This document shows positions 1 to 13,596 of a stretch of 64,000 nt of DNA, piece by piece. The DNA is from Octopus vulgaris. Taxonomy: Eukaryota. Each line of letters starts with the position of its first letter. Within the stretch, counting starts at the first letter, position 1. The notes beneath the pieces were generated by a model. It worked only from the letters and a program-made list of their open reading frames with translations, made no database searches and was not told where the DNA came from. The position numbers and the translations under genes are program-made. Location of the stretch: NCBI GenBank assembly GCA_951406725.2, contig OX597824.1:69316001-69380000 (forward strand), read 5' to 3'.

Positions 1-220
1 GAAGGAAAAGAACTGGAGAGAGATCGAAAAAAAGATTTAGCTGTTATTTTTAGCAGATGGTGTACACATATCCCGGCAACGTCGATGGCGTCTTACGCTG
101 AGATTTTATGTAGAACCTCTGTCATTGACTCTTGAGGTCGTTGCTTTAAAGCAAGGAAGAGAGATAAAAAATGACGATAAGGTTGCTTCTATGAACATAT
201 TGGAATATATTGGTTATTGT

Positions 221-400
221 AAGGAGGCGAGCTGATAGATTCGTTAGCACGCCGGACAAAATACTTGGCGTCATTTCGTTTGCCTTTGAACGTTATGAGT
301 TCAAATTCCGCTTAGGTTGGTTTTGCCTTTTATCATTTCGGGGTCGATAAAATAAGTACCAGTCGAACACTGGGGTCGATGTAATTGACTTACCACCCTC
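221..400 (+). mobile_element. tRNA-derived SINE, family B (degenerate copy)
   Basis: AAGGAGGCGAGCTG...GAGTTCAAATTCCG (B-box-like)...GGGGTCGATAAAATAAGTACCAG; matches the copies at 5398-5628 and 59718-59950. Confidence 0.8.
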
Positions 401-784
401 CACCGATAGACTGAGTTACTATACAGACTAACCATAAATTTTCTATCTGGCGTTTGTGGCCGATATTCTAAAGAATTTCTGATAAAAGATTAGGTTACTT
501 TGTGATCAAACAATCTGTCATATACGGTAGACGAACTTGTTGGCAGTCAATGCTTGATATGTTGGAAAAAGCAGACAAATTTCTCGTGGGATGTAAATAC
601 TTAGACCGGTTGTCAAACGGTGGTGATACACATACAGACACACAGAAGCACAAACACGCATACACACACACGTACACAGAGATACGCACACACACACACA
701 CACATATATATATGCATATGTATATGTATATGCCTATTAATCTATCTGTCTGTCAATCTACCTACCCCTCTCTGTCTCTGTCTC

Positions 785-831
<47 letters not shown>

Positions 832-832
832 G

Positions 833-875
<43 letters not shown>

Positions 876-979
876 GTCTGTCTATCTGTCTATCTATCTA
901 TCTATCTGTCTATCTATCTATCTATCTATCTATCTAGCTAGCTATTTGTGTGTGTGTGTTTGCATATCTGTTTGTTTGT

Positions 980-1392
980 ATCTTTTATCTTTCTCTTGTT
1001 TCAGACATTTGACTGCGGCTATCCTGCGGCACCAACCTGAAGGGTTTTAGTTGAACAAATCGACCATAGGACTTATTTTTTTAAGCCTAATACTTTTTCT
1101 ATCGGTGTCTTCTGTTGAACCGCCAGTTTACGGGGACTTAAACACAGCAACACCGGTAGTCAACTGTTGGTGGGGGACAAACATAGACACAGACACACAC
1201 ATATTTATATACATACATATAAATATACATACATACATACATACATACATACATACAACTGGCTTCTGTCAGTTTCCGTTTATCAAAACCACTCACAAGG
1301 CTTTAGTAAGCCCGAGGCTAAGGTGCTGCGCAGTTGGCTGGAACCCGGAAGCACGTAGTCGAGAAATAGGCTTCTTACCACACAGCCATACC
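980..1392 (-). mobile_element. tRNA-derived SINE, family A (degenerate)
   Basis: Reverse complement of the 19575-19983 element, including its internal microsatellite and GACTGAAACAAG-type tail. Confidence 0.8.
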
Positions 1393-1416
1393 TTTAAATG
1401 GCTTATATATATATAA

Positions 1417-1578
1417 CAATTGCAGCGTGGAAGGTGTTTATAAGCCATTTAAGAAACACACAAATACCTTTAGATTCATTTTGACATTTAAATTTGCCAA
1501 AATATTTTCATCACTTTGAGACCGCGACTTGTTCACTGAGAAAATTCCGTGCTGCATCTGAGACAGTAACAGTTAGTT
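1417..1578 (-). mobile_element. Short PLE-pLTR-like element with G3:C8 hammerhead variant (copy 1)
   Basis: Homologous to 3488-3700 (+) and 30524-30746 (-); minus strand reads GTGAACA-A-GTCGC..GTGAT-GAAA-ATATTT. Confidence 0.6.
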
Positions 1579-1791
1579 AATGATTCATGTACAAGTGTAT
1601 GTATGTATGTATGTATGTATGTATGTATGTATGTATGTATGTATATACGTATGTATACATGTAAATGTGTGTGTGTACATGTATGTGCGTATGCATATGT
1701 GTACATGCGTATGCATGTGTGCATGCCTCTACGCATGTATGTATGTATGTATGTATGTATGTATGTATGTATGTATGTATGTATGTATGTA

Positions 1792-3032
1792 TCAGGTCAT
1801 CAAATACGTTCCGTCCGAATTTTGTGTAAAGAAAACAAGTGATCAAATGTTATATTTAATTGAAATTTAATCGTCAATGTACTTTCCCTGATTATCTAAG
1901 ACTTTCTTTAATCTATTTACAAGTTTTTTTTAATCCCATCAATGTAAAACTCTTTTTGGTTTCAAAGCGAAGAACTCTGAAATGTCAGTTTCGACTTCCT
2001 CCTAGCTTGCGAAAGTAATGTTCCCCAAATGATTCTGTAAACTACGAAACAAATGGTAGTCTGAAGGAACAAGGTCGGGAGAATAAGGTAGGTGAGGAAT
2101 TTTTTCCCAACCAAGCTCTTCGATCATCTCTGATGTGATATTTGCAGTGTGGTGTCACGCATTGCCCTGATGAAACATCACTCCTTTTCGATTCAATAAA
2201 GCGGGTCTTTTTTCCTTCAAAGCTTGGTTCAAATTGCTGACAGTAGACTTGAGTATTGATTGTTGCATTAGGTGATAACAATTCAAAGTGAATTACTCTT
2301 TTGCAATCCCACCAGATAGAGGGAAGAACCTTTTCGGTTGTGGTTGAGTTTTTTTCCCTTTTTCCAAGCCACTGTTTACGACGTTTAACATTCCGATAGA
2401 GGATCCATTTTTCGTCACCAGTCACAAGTCTATCGAAAAAGGGTGAAATGATTTCGCGATAATGGAGAGAAGAGCAGATGTCAACTCAGGATTTGCGGTT
2501 GCTTTCGGACAATTCCTGAGGCACCCATTTTCCAAGTTTAGGAACCTTTCCAAGTTGTTAAAGATGGCGATGAACAGTTGTATGGTTTATTGCCAATTCT
2601 TCAACTGATAATGCAGGATTTTCTTCAAGGAGCTTATCATCAAACTCAACTGGACGTCCTGTTCGATCTTCATCTTCAAGGCTGAAATCTCCACTTCTGA
2701 ATTTTGCAAACCATCTCCTGCAAGTTCTTTCATTCAAGCATTCGTTCCCATAAACTGAGTGTATCTTTCGAGTCGCTTCGGCTACAGAGTTTCCTTTTTT
2801 GTACTCATAAAGCATTATATGCCTCAAATGTTCTTTGGATACTTCCATCTTAGAAAGGGTTTTAATCAAAGAAATTTTATATCTATTATTCTGTAAAATA
2901 ACATTGTATTAGTTTAATTGTACACAAATGCCTTAAAATAATTTTTAATTCCATTAGACATTCTAAAATACTATTAAATTTCATTCAATTTTAAAAAAGG
3001 TATAATTGGACAGAACTTATGGGATGAGCTGA
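1792..3032 (-). mobile_element. Full-length mariner DNA transposon with frameshifted transposase
   Basis: Imperfect ~28-bp TIRs (TCAGGTCATCAAATACGTTCCGTCC / TCAGCTCATCCCATAAGTTCTGTCC) flanked by TA; ORFs 2558-2869 (HTH: RHIMLYEY..CRRWFAKFRSGDFSLED..GRP) and 2042-2425 (TGDEKWILY..IWWDCKRVIHFELL); ~1.24 kb. Confidence 0.93.
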
Positions 3033-3200
3033 TACTTATGTATGTACGTGAGTATTTTAGGTAAGTGTGTAGACGTGTCGGTGTGTGTGTACATGTGTAT
3101 GTACATTTGAACGTGTGTTTATTTACTGATATGTGTTTGTTCAAGTTGTATAAATGACTGTTACTATGTTGAAGATTGTATACACACACACACATACACA

Positions 3201-3281
<81 letters not shown>

Positions 3282-3487
3282 TGCGTTTGTCCCTCTCACC
3301 ACCGTCTAACGGTGAATGAATACAACGTTTTAGAGACATATATGCAAATATAACCTTATACATATGTACAAGCACACATAATCATATAGACATTTATACA
3401 CAGAAATATACGTATAATCTTAAAGTATACACACATATATGCCGCTTATCTATCTATACACATATATAGGACACTATTTTCGCGGAT

Positions 3488-3700
3488 AACTGTTAGTTTC
3501 TCAGATGCAGCACGGAATATTCTCAGTGAACAGGTCGCGATCTCACAGCGACGGAAACATTTTGGCAAATAAATGTTGACGTGAATCTAACGGTTTTTCT
3601 GTGTTTTTAAATAGCTTACAAACACCTTCTACGCTGCAATTGTTTTCGTTCCAGCACACGATCTCAGACCAGGTTACTTGCTATGCATGTACATCTCCGT
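3488..3700 (+). mobile_element. Short PLE-pLTR-like element with G3:C8 hammerhead variant (copy 2)
   Basis: TCA-GTGAACA-G-GTCGC-GATCTCACA-GCGAC-GGAA-ACATTT-TGG; ends in (TA)n. Confidence 0.6.
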
Positions 3701-3968
3701 AATATATATATATATATACACCTAAGAATCCTAAGGAGAGAAGAATGTATCTTTAAGCCGAATTCTTGCAACAATCTATATTTATTCGGGTAAAGAAACA
3801 TAAGCTGTCAAATAACAATGGGAAGCCGGACATGACAAGATTTGAACTCAGATCATGAAGAGCTGGAGCAAATACAGCACGGCATCCTGTACGACGTTCT
3901 TGAAGTTCAAATAAATCCAACACAACTTAGATTAACACTTCTTTTTCTCGAGCCTGAATTGATAAATG

Positions 3969-4013
<45 letters not shown>

Positions 4014-5397
4014 GGACCAGCTGACCTTGCGTGATCTGAAATCAGAGAATAGGGAGCCGGAACAATTAGCACGAAGTATCGTATCCGATGCGCTGCCGAT
4101 TTGTTGTCTACTTATAATTTTCGTAACCCTTTGAAAGCGGATATATCAGCTCAAAATGTTATTATGTGGAAAGCTGCTTTACTCCATAGATTTGAAAGAA
4201 ACAAAGAACTTTCCTTATGCTGCTAAAGGCAAGATGCCCTCAGTGACACTTTTTACATCAGTCAATTGTTCAGATTTCCTGACATTTTTTTGTATATTTT
4301 ATCAGATGACTATTTACAGAACAAGAGATACAGAGAAAGTATTGCTGAAGCAGAAAATATCAATTCTATGATTTGGTGGATAATAAACATCATTATGAGA
4401 ATGACCATGAAACTTAATTATGCAGTAAAAGGTTTAAAGAAATTTTACTGTTTATTGTATTTTTTTTTTAATTGTTTGATCTAAAGGAAAGGACTGTGTG
4501 TATGATCATTACAGGTCTACTAAGGCACCTAAGCTTTATGCAGTTAACATTTCTCTAATCATTGAGACAGTGAGGTGATAGATACTCTTAGCACAACGGG
4601 CAAAATGCTTTGTTGCTTTTCTTCCGTCTTTAAGTGCTGAGTTCAAATTTTACCACGGTTGACTTTCGGGGTCAATGAATTAAGTACCAGTTGAATACTC
4701 GAGCCGATATCGTCAACTTACACACTTCCCCCAAACTGGCTGGCTTTCTACCAAAATTTGACACCGATATTTCTCTCTCCCAAAAGAAGCACAGCAACTC
4801 GATGGCTCCAGGATAAAACAAAATAAACGGGGAATATATGCTGTGAATTGAAACATTTAGTAGGAAAATAAGGGGCTGTTAATCCAACGGATAGGGTCGA
4901 AATAATATTAGTAATGAGAGAAGGAGAAAAGGGTGTGTTGGAAATGCTTGGATAAAAGCGATGACGGCGAGGCCGGCTAAATGTGAGATGGAGAAGCCAC
5001 GGTTGTAGCGCTAAATAAATTCCTGGGCCAAGCGTTTGAATGTGTTGGTGAGTAACCTTATACCAGCATATCGAGTGCTCTTTGTTTTTGTTTGGCCCCA
5101 GGTCAGTCTTGACCAAGTAGCTTATATTAAAGTCCGTTAAAATATGCCTTTTCTGTCTTTTGTATATACATATAATTACACACGCTCTCTCACACGCAAA
5201 CACACACGCACGCACACACACATATACACAGAGGTAGTCTTGGTTGCTCTTGAGTGGCATCGGTTGGGCTGTTGGTGATTACACCAGCAATACCACCAAG
5301 AATGTTTGGGAAATTTTGCGACATCTTGCGAGAGTCAACGGCCACCCCAAAACATTACATTATACAAAAATATAGATATGTGTATGTGTGTATATAT

Positions 5398-5628
5398 ATT
5401 TCTTTACTACCCACAAGGAGCTAAACATAGAGGGGACAAACAGGGACAGACAAAGGGATTAAGTCGATTACATCGACCCAGTGCGAAACTGGTACTTTAT
5501 TTATCGACCCCAAGAGGATGAAAGGCAAAGTCGACCTTTGGCGGAATTTGAACTCAGAACGTAACGACAGACAAATATCGCTAAGCATTTCGCCCGGCGC
5601 GCTAACGTTTCTGCCAGCTCGCCGCCTT
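5398..5628 (-). mobile_element. tRNA-derived SINE, family B (full length)
   Basis: Minus strand AAGGCGGCGAGCTGGCAGAAACGTTAGC (A-box-like)...GAGTTCAAATTCC (B-box-like)...GTGGGTAGTAAAGAATA tail. Confidence 0.88.
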
Positions 5629-5724
5629 TAGATATTAAGCTGATAAGAACAGATACTACACTTTGATCTTAGTATATATGTGTATATAACTATGCGTGTG
5701 TGTGTGTGTGTATATTTGTATATA

Positions 5725-5985
5725 GGCGCAGGTGTGGCTGTGTGGTAAGAAGCTTGCTTCTAAACCACATGGTTCCAGGTTCAGTCCCACTGTGTGGCAC
5801 CTACATTGTACAAGTGTATTTTACTATTGCCTCGGGTCGACCAAAGCCTTGTGAGTGGATTTGGTAGACGGAAACTGAAAGAAGCCCGTTAAATATGTAT
5901 ATATGTGTATATAACTATGCGTGTGTGTGTGTGTGTATCTTTGTTTGTCCCCCATCACCGCTTGACAACCAGTGTTGGTGTGTGT
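5725..5985 (+). mobile_element. tRNA-derived SINE, family A (5' two-thirds)
   Basis: GGCGCAGGTGTGGCTGTGTGGTAAG...GGTTCAGTCCC head; body matches 19575-19983. Confidence 0.85.
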
Positions 5986-6105
5986 ATACGAAAAAACATA
6001 AAGTCACGTTTTTAAGGCTATGGACGAAGACACTTTTCTAGAGTATCACGTAGTTGTATTGAGCCTGCGACAACGTGGTTGCAAGTTGAACTCCTAAATC
6101 GCACA

Positions 6106-6441
6106 ATAGAAGCAGTGTTTACCGTAATGGAAACGATTTTGATCACAATTCTGTTTAAAGCCGGCTGGCCCAGGGCTAAACAACGACAAAAAAAGTGTAT
6201 ATTTTAAAAGGTGTTCTGTATATTTAGGTGTGTGTTGACACATACAATGAACAACGTCTTACAACTAGAAAGAGGAAAAAAAAGGATCAAATGAGATTTT
6301 ATAAAATACCTTTAAAATATTTTCAAGAGGACTACTCTTCAAATCTCTTATTTTTTTTTGTCGTTGTTTAGCCCTGGGTCAGCCGGCTTTAAACAGAATT
6401 GTGATCAAAATCGTTTCCATTACGGTAAACACTGCTTCTAT
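6106..6441. repeat. Local inverted duplication with 89-bp arms (6106-6194 / 6353-6441)
   Basis: Arms are reverse complements with one mismatch seen; ~158-bp spacer. Confidence 0.9.
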
Positions 6442-7130
6442 ATATTGTTACCGTCAATCACTCTGGTCTACATTGTTTAATGTGTCCTTCATTTTAAAAA
6501 CTTTAATTTAAAGGTGATTCGGTTCCTATTTCTAGAATATCATTCTCCGTTATTTGCTCACTCACATTTTTAAAGAAAAGTGTAGTTGTTACTGTACTGT
6601 TACTATCATTATTGCTGTTGTTCTCTAGCTCCATCGAGAAAACTTCAATGAAAGCCTTTCCAGATGTGACCATCCCGTCTTCTTGTCTTTGTACTGTGAA
6701 CTCACGCACTCACTTTCCGGCATGTCTCTATTTTAAAGACGGTAGGATGCGGTTTAGAGGGGAAAATTTTCATTTTCCTTTCTAATAAGGGGAGTAAGCA
6801 CGTTGAGGTACACATTTTGGTTTTTCTCTCGTAAAACCAGAACATTCTGACAACAACAGCAACAACAATAAAATAATAATGAATAAATAAAAAAGCGAAA
6901 TGTGAAAAATATTGGTATCAGAAAAAAATGTCTCACAGAAAACAGAGTTAAAAAATATTTGAATATAAAGAACATAAAATACTGATAATATAAATAAATG
7001 AATTGCGAGGAACATCACTGAGTGATTGGCTTAATTTTCTTTATTATTTTCATACAAGTTCGGCCCTTTAATGAATATTTATAACACGATACAAATATTA
7101 ATATGTATACACACACATACACACATACAC

Positions 7131-7206
<76 letters not shown>

Positions 7207-7300
7207 GCATATATATATATATACATGCATATATATACATACATATATATAAGAGAGATAGAGGCTTTATACGTATATGAGATATGTGTATATGTCTATG

Positions 7301-7404
<104 letters not shown>

Positions 7405-7489
7405 GTATATATATATGATATGTATGTGTATATGCATATATACATATATTATATATATATATATATATATATGTGTGTATATCTATATA

Positions 7490-7533
<44 letters not shown>

Positions 7534-7725
7534 AAAAGCATGAATATATATTTCTTTTTCTAATCCATGTTCATGAGAAGCCGTTTCTGCACACGAAATC
7601 TTATTAAATCTACACAGGCGCTAGTGTGAGTGAATGTGTGTTTGCGGGCGTAAGTGTATATGTAGAAGACGCAAGGTGTATCTATAAACACCTCTGAATA
7701 AATACACACACACATATTCTCAACC

Positions 7726-7788
<63 letters not shown>

Positions 7789-9278
7789 GTTTGTAAATAT
7801 ATATACAAACACACACATACACACATATATACATATATATTCACATGTACAATTTTGTATGTAAATATAAAATATACACGTACGGGCGTATGAATACGTG
7901 TGTATATGTATGCTTGTGGCCGCATTCATCATATGAGTAATTATGGATGTAATTTAGTAGTAATTTCAGTATGTACACACAAACACACGCACACATACAC
8001 AACCACACATGTTTAACAGATACACTTATAAAGAGAAATAAGAGCAACACTATAACACTATTTGGCAAACGTCAGTAATAAAAAATGGAGGACGCTTGTA
8101 TTTAAAAGTCGCCATTTATTTATCAGTAATGGCGTCCAGACCGTTGTAAAAGATATTGCACTGTTATTAGCTACTGGTGTGTGGCATATAAAAAACAATT
8201 AGAATAATATTTACGACTCAATTATGAGGTAGTCTGTTTTCTAGCAAACACTAAAAAATAAAAATAAAATACTCTTGTCTTCTTTTCAGCCAATGATGGA
8301 AACTCTAGGTGGTCGTTTTCTCTGCTAAAAATAAAAGTCAAATCTTTCTGAAACCACATGTTTCCGTGCTATTGGGCGAGCTTCTATGGAGTCGCTCGGC
8401 CTGTTAGAAAATTTTTCGGAGGCTTTCTCAAACCAATGCCCATTGTGTTAAAGAGGCATCTCCATGTGGTAGCGTACTTTGCTAAAAAGACTGGCCAAAT
8501 GTTTCTCAAATCACACATTACTATACTATAAAGTAAGATTGTATGCGAGTTAATCTACCAGTTAGATAATATAGCAAAATTTTTCTCGAAACATGATCCG
8601 CAGAGTCAATGAGTTATTTCCTTATGTTCGAGCTTCCTACTAATAATATCAGTCAGGTTTCCTTTAAATAATATTCACACGAATCAATATGGATATTTCT
8701 ATGAAGTCACTTTGCCTGCGAGAAATAACAGTTGATTTTTCTACAAATTTTACATTACGATCTTACATCAGCAAAAGACATATAGATTATCTTGGAGCTA
8801 GATATCCCCCAAAATTATATGGTCACGGATTAACTGTCTTTGATCAAAGGTGTACCCGATCAAAGTCGAAGTATCTTCATCGAAAGAAATATAGGTTGGA
8901 CAATGTGCGGAGCCGGCCATTCAGTGGAAAGCCCTTCATCATTCCTGTTCGCTCATAGCTGACCCTCGGGTGAGCATCACAGCAATCGTGGTTTCCAATC
9001 TATCTTCACTGCCTTGACTATGTAAAGAAACAGAATCGGAACACAGTAGAGAACATAGTCCTATGCATGCAATCCTTGTGGTGATGAGTATGACTGGACA
9101 CTCTCTTCAAACAGAGGCCTGTGGTCACAATAAGTGGCTGAAATGGGTGAGATAGTTATGGATGCTGTTACAGAGGACTCAAACATGCAGACATGCTTGA
9201 ATGGATGTAATGACATTGACTGTGAGGTTATACTGCGACAGCAAAATGTGCTCACACACACACATATGTATGTGTATG

Positions 9279-9333
<55 letters not shown>

Positions 9334-9356
9334 ATTATATATGTATATTATGTATA

Positions 9357-9418
<62 letters not shown>

Positions 9419-9449
9419 ATATACATATATAATACACATACATAGAGTT

Positions 9450-9870
9450 ATTATCATCCTCATTATTGTCATAGAAACAAAGCACAGGTTTACTCTTATT
9501 CCTGGTAGAGTTTTTGTGGATTGCGGATTAGGTATCCACACGTAACCTTAGGTACCCACACGTTTTCGGCAGTCTTTCAAGTGCTTAGAACCTTCCTGAT
9601 AATCCTTTCTGTTCCTAAGGAACAAACATTCTGTAGAAGCTCTGCTGTTCCCAACGCACCAATTGCTATAGGCAAAACCGTTACTGTTCTCATACTCCAA
9701 ATTCTTCGTATTTCAAATTTTAAGGGATTGTATTTTCTTTGTTTTTATTCCTCTTCCTTTAGGATCTTGGAATCAAACGGGCATGATGCGTTGATAAGTA
9801 AGCAAATTCGCTTTTCCTCATCTATGATTGTAATACATGGCCTACTATTTTCTAAATTCTTGCCTGTTTA
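9450..9870 (-). mobile_element. 3' end of an R4/Dong-type (RLE) non-LTR retrotransposon
   Basis: Minus-strand translation IDEEKRICLLINASCPFD..KY..LKFEIRRIWSM..VLPIAIGALG..LQ..SLGT.RIIRKVL* then a 3'UTR; abuts (ATT)n. Confidence 0.8.
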
Positions 9871-9879
9871 TTATTAATA

Positions 9880-9966
<87 letters not shown>

Positions 9967-9985
9967 GTTATTATTATTATTATTA

Positions 9986-10038
<53 letters not shown>

Positions 10039-10045
10039 GTTATTA

Positions 10046-10083
<38 letters not shown>

Positions 10084-10103
10084 TTTATTATTATTATTAT
10101 TAA

Positions 10104-10175
<72 letters not shown>
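9870..10175. repeat. (ATT)n microsatellite
   Basis: Direct reading. Confidence 0.98.
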
Positions 10176-10178
<3 letters not shown>

Positions 10179-10194
10179 AAACAGTTTGATACAT

Positions 10195-10935
10195 CAATTA
10201 GAAAGCATTTTTTTCTTCATGATCTCTGACAACTATATCTGGTCTGTTGGCCTTAATTTCTCTATCTGTGTGTATCGGCATATCCCAGAGTATGGTTGCT
10301 TTCTCGTTTTCTGTGACCTTTTCTGGTGTGTGCCTATACCATCTTTTTTCTGTTGTTATTCCATAATGTTGGCATAGCTTCCAATGTATGTAGGTTCCAA
10401 CTCTGTCATGTCTGTGAATATATTCCTTCTTAGCCAGGACTGGGCAGCTAGAGATAATATGATTTATTGTTTCTTGTCCATCTCCACATATTCTGCAGTT
10501 ACTTGTAATATTTCTTTTCATTACATGTTTTTTGGTAATTTCTGGTGGGGAGGCTTTGGTCTTGTGCTGCAATTAAAAATCCCTCTGTTTCTGCTTTGAG
10601 TCCTGAGCTTCTCAACCATTGCTGGGATTTTTCTTTGTCTATTTCTTTTGCGTTTAGTTTAGTCCAGTATTTACCATGAAGGGGCTTTTCTTGCCATCAT
10701 TTTATCATGGATCGTTGCTGTTCTATTTTTAGTTTGGATTTCATTTGTTTTATAGCTTTTGTTGTTTCTTCATCTTCTTCTTCTTCTTCTTCATGTTTAT
10801 TAGGTGGTATGATTTCTTGTTTGTATTTGTCAGCTTCCTTAAATACTGAGAACAGTTTTTTGTTTTGCTCGTGTTTTGCCGCTATCTGGATCAGTTTTCC
10901 TTCCTTCTGAAGTAGATATTTTTGCAGTCTTATGG
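10195..10935 (-). mobile_element. R4/Dong-type non-LTR retrotransposon fragment (CCHC knuckle plus start of PD-(D/E)xK endonuclease)
   Basis: ORF 10198-10572: CRICGDGQETINHIISSC..RHDRV..WD..NRPDIVV; flanked on both sides by (ATT)n. Confidence 0.9.
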
Positions 10936-10937
10936 TG

Positions 10938-11004
<67 letters not shown>

Positions 11005-11005
<1 letters not shown>

Positions 11006-11200
11006 TTTTTTTTCCTCTTTCAAATTTGCTTCCATTTCTTGCCGAGTGTCTTCCCGACTCCTAGGGCAAAGAAACTCATAGTATACATTGGTAGACCATT
11101 AAACTAAACTCAATAGTTCGTTCATTTTTTTTTAAAGTTAAATTAGAATACATGGGTAGTAATAATTCTCACATCGACAATGCTCTTCTCAATACGTGTG
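11005..11200 (-). mobile_element. Extreme 3' end and UTR of an RLE non-LTR retrotransposon
   Basis: Minus strand HVLRRALSM* followed by a UTR ending in an A-rich/(AAT)n tail; embedded in (ATT)n. Confidence 0.55.
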
Positions 11201-11279
<79 letters not shown>

Positions 11280-11287
11280 GTTATTAT

Positions 11288-11458
11288 TATTCAAAACAAT
11301 TTGATTCGGATCCCTGTGATTTACAGTTTCACAAACTCCTTGCAGAAACCTAGCTCGTTCAGGTTCAGATTACCAAAAGGGTAATCTGAGCCTGAACGAG
11401 CTAGGTTTCTGTAAGAAGCCTACAAAATCTGAAGTCGAATCAAACTATTTTAAATAAT
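11288..11458. repeat. Fold-back element with a 36-bp near-perfect stem (11339-11374 / 11380-11415)
   Basis: CTTGCAGAAACCTAGCTCGTTCAGGTTCAGATTACC-AAAAG-GGTAATCTGAGCCTGAACGAGCTAGGTTTCTGTAAG; outer ends also complementary. Confidence 0.85.
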
Positions 11459-11774
11459 ATAACACCAACTAAATATGCTGAAAGCCTTTTTCTTTCGTTT
11501 GTCCACTCGTCCATTCACTCCTGTGTATGTGTGTGTGTGTATGTGTATATGTGTGTCTGTGTCTGTGTTTGTCTCCATCACCGCTTAACAACCGGTGTTG
11601 GTGTGTTTACGTTCCCGTAATTGAGCGGTTTGGCAAAAGCATGGCTGCAGTTCAATGACTGAAACAAGCAAAAAAAAAGATAGAAATAGATCACGCTCTG
11701 TCTGTCTATCTGCCTGTCTGACTGTCTCTCTCTCTATATATATATGTGTGTGCGTGTGTGTGTATATGTATATG

Positions 11775-11852
<78 letters not shown>

Positions 11853-11936
11853 CGCGTATGTGTGCGTATGCATGTGTGTATGTGTGAAGCCTATGCACAT
11901 TCACCAGTGTACCGAAACATGTATTCCATTGATTCT

Positions 11937-12044
<108 letters not shown>

Positions 12045-12045
12045 G

Positions 12046-13053
12046 TGGAACATCGAAAAATACCTTAGTGAATGAGACACCCAGGTTCGAAATTTCCCCA
12101 AGACATCTGAAGAAGGTAAAGGGTATATCAGCCGGAAGAAACGGTGTCGTTAACAACAAAGATGAAGTTTACAAATATCTGTCGAATGTAAATAATGTAA
12201 ATAATGTAAATAAAATTTATCAGGTCTAGTATACCTTTTAGATTCTCGTGTCCTCTTTATTTAAGTAGATTTATTTGGTAGTCTTGGTCAAATTTATTGC
12301 GGGAAATGTCTCTTGTTGATAGTTTTCGACCATCTCAACCTCAGACATGATTTCTTTCTCTCCATCTTCTGGATAGCTCTGGCCAGCAGCTATCCATTTT
12401 GTAAAAGAGCGTTGGCTTGAATCACGTTAAAGCCGTCTTCAACGATTTTCGAAGCTGAGCGTTAAACTATAATACATTGTTTGTTCTGTTCACCTCATCT
12501 TTATATTTTCTTTATTTCCAGCTTTATCTACGAATAAAATTGGAAGACATTTATCTGGTGAGTGAGTGGTGGTGAATAAATTTATCGTCGAATATTGTAA
12601 GACTTGAATACGTGTATCTAGGAATATACGATCAAGGATGTCTTTCAAGAGTGCCCTCCCAGTGTACTTCGAAACAAGCTTAGTTGCAATGTCTTGAAGG
12701 AATAGATATGTATGCATATTATAGAAATCTATGTATGCGTTCATCTCCACGAATAAGTGTGATCTACATATATGTGTATATCTGCTGTATATATGTATGT
12801 GTATGTGCGTCAATGTATTACATGCATGTATAAATACATATATTTATATAAATGGAGTAATATTCAAATATATAGTTGTTTATTCAATGTGCATCATAAG
12901 AGTGTATGTACATCTATAAGTATATCTATATACATACATATATATATATGTACACATCCAGTTGGTATACATAGATATATGCCTGATATGGATATAGTAT
13001 ATATATATATATATATACATACATACATACATACATACATACATACATACAGG

Positions 13054-13084
<31 letters not shown>

Positions 13085-13498
13085 CGCATACAGATATATA
13101 AACACCGACACACATACACACACATATATATACCGATATATTAAACACCAACAAATATGCAAATATGAGGAATTATGTACATATATTTATATATTTATAT
13201 TATTTATATCGACGGATATGTGTGTCCTCATATATATATGTGTGTATGTATATACGTACGGTTATATATTTGTTGTTAGTGCCTTAACAAAGAACGAACC
13301 TGGGTATCGAAAATAACCCTGAACGTCTTTTCGATTTATTTGTTTGTTTGTTTGTATTGTATTGCTATTGTTATTGTTCAGGTCACTGCTTGGAACCGAA
13401 CTCGGAATCTTGAGGTTAGGAGACCACGCTCTTAAGCACTACGCCATATACTAACACCAAGATTCCAAGTTCGATTCCAAGCAGTGACCTGAACAATG

Positions 13499-13596
<98 letters not shown>

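Noticed and set aside
4266-4484. Acceptor-like TTTTATCAG followed by a short open frame (DDYLQNKRYRESIAEAEN..)
   Set aside because: No recognisable homology, clear donor or partner exons; not supportable without RNA data.
6503-6709. 68-aa minus-strand ORF with protein-like composition
   Set aside because: Overlaps a decayed copy of the dispersed GGATGGTCA..GGAA..CTTT repeat also seen at ~6400, ~22440 and ~23220; no motif.
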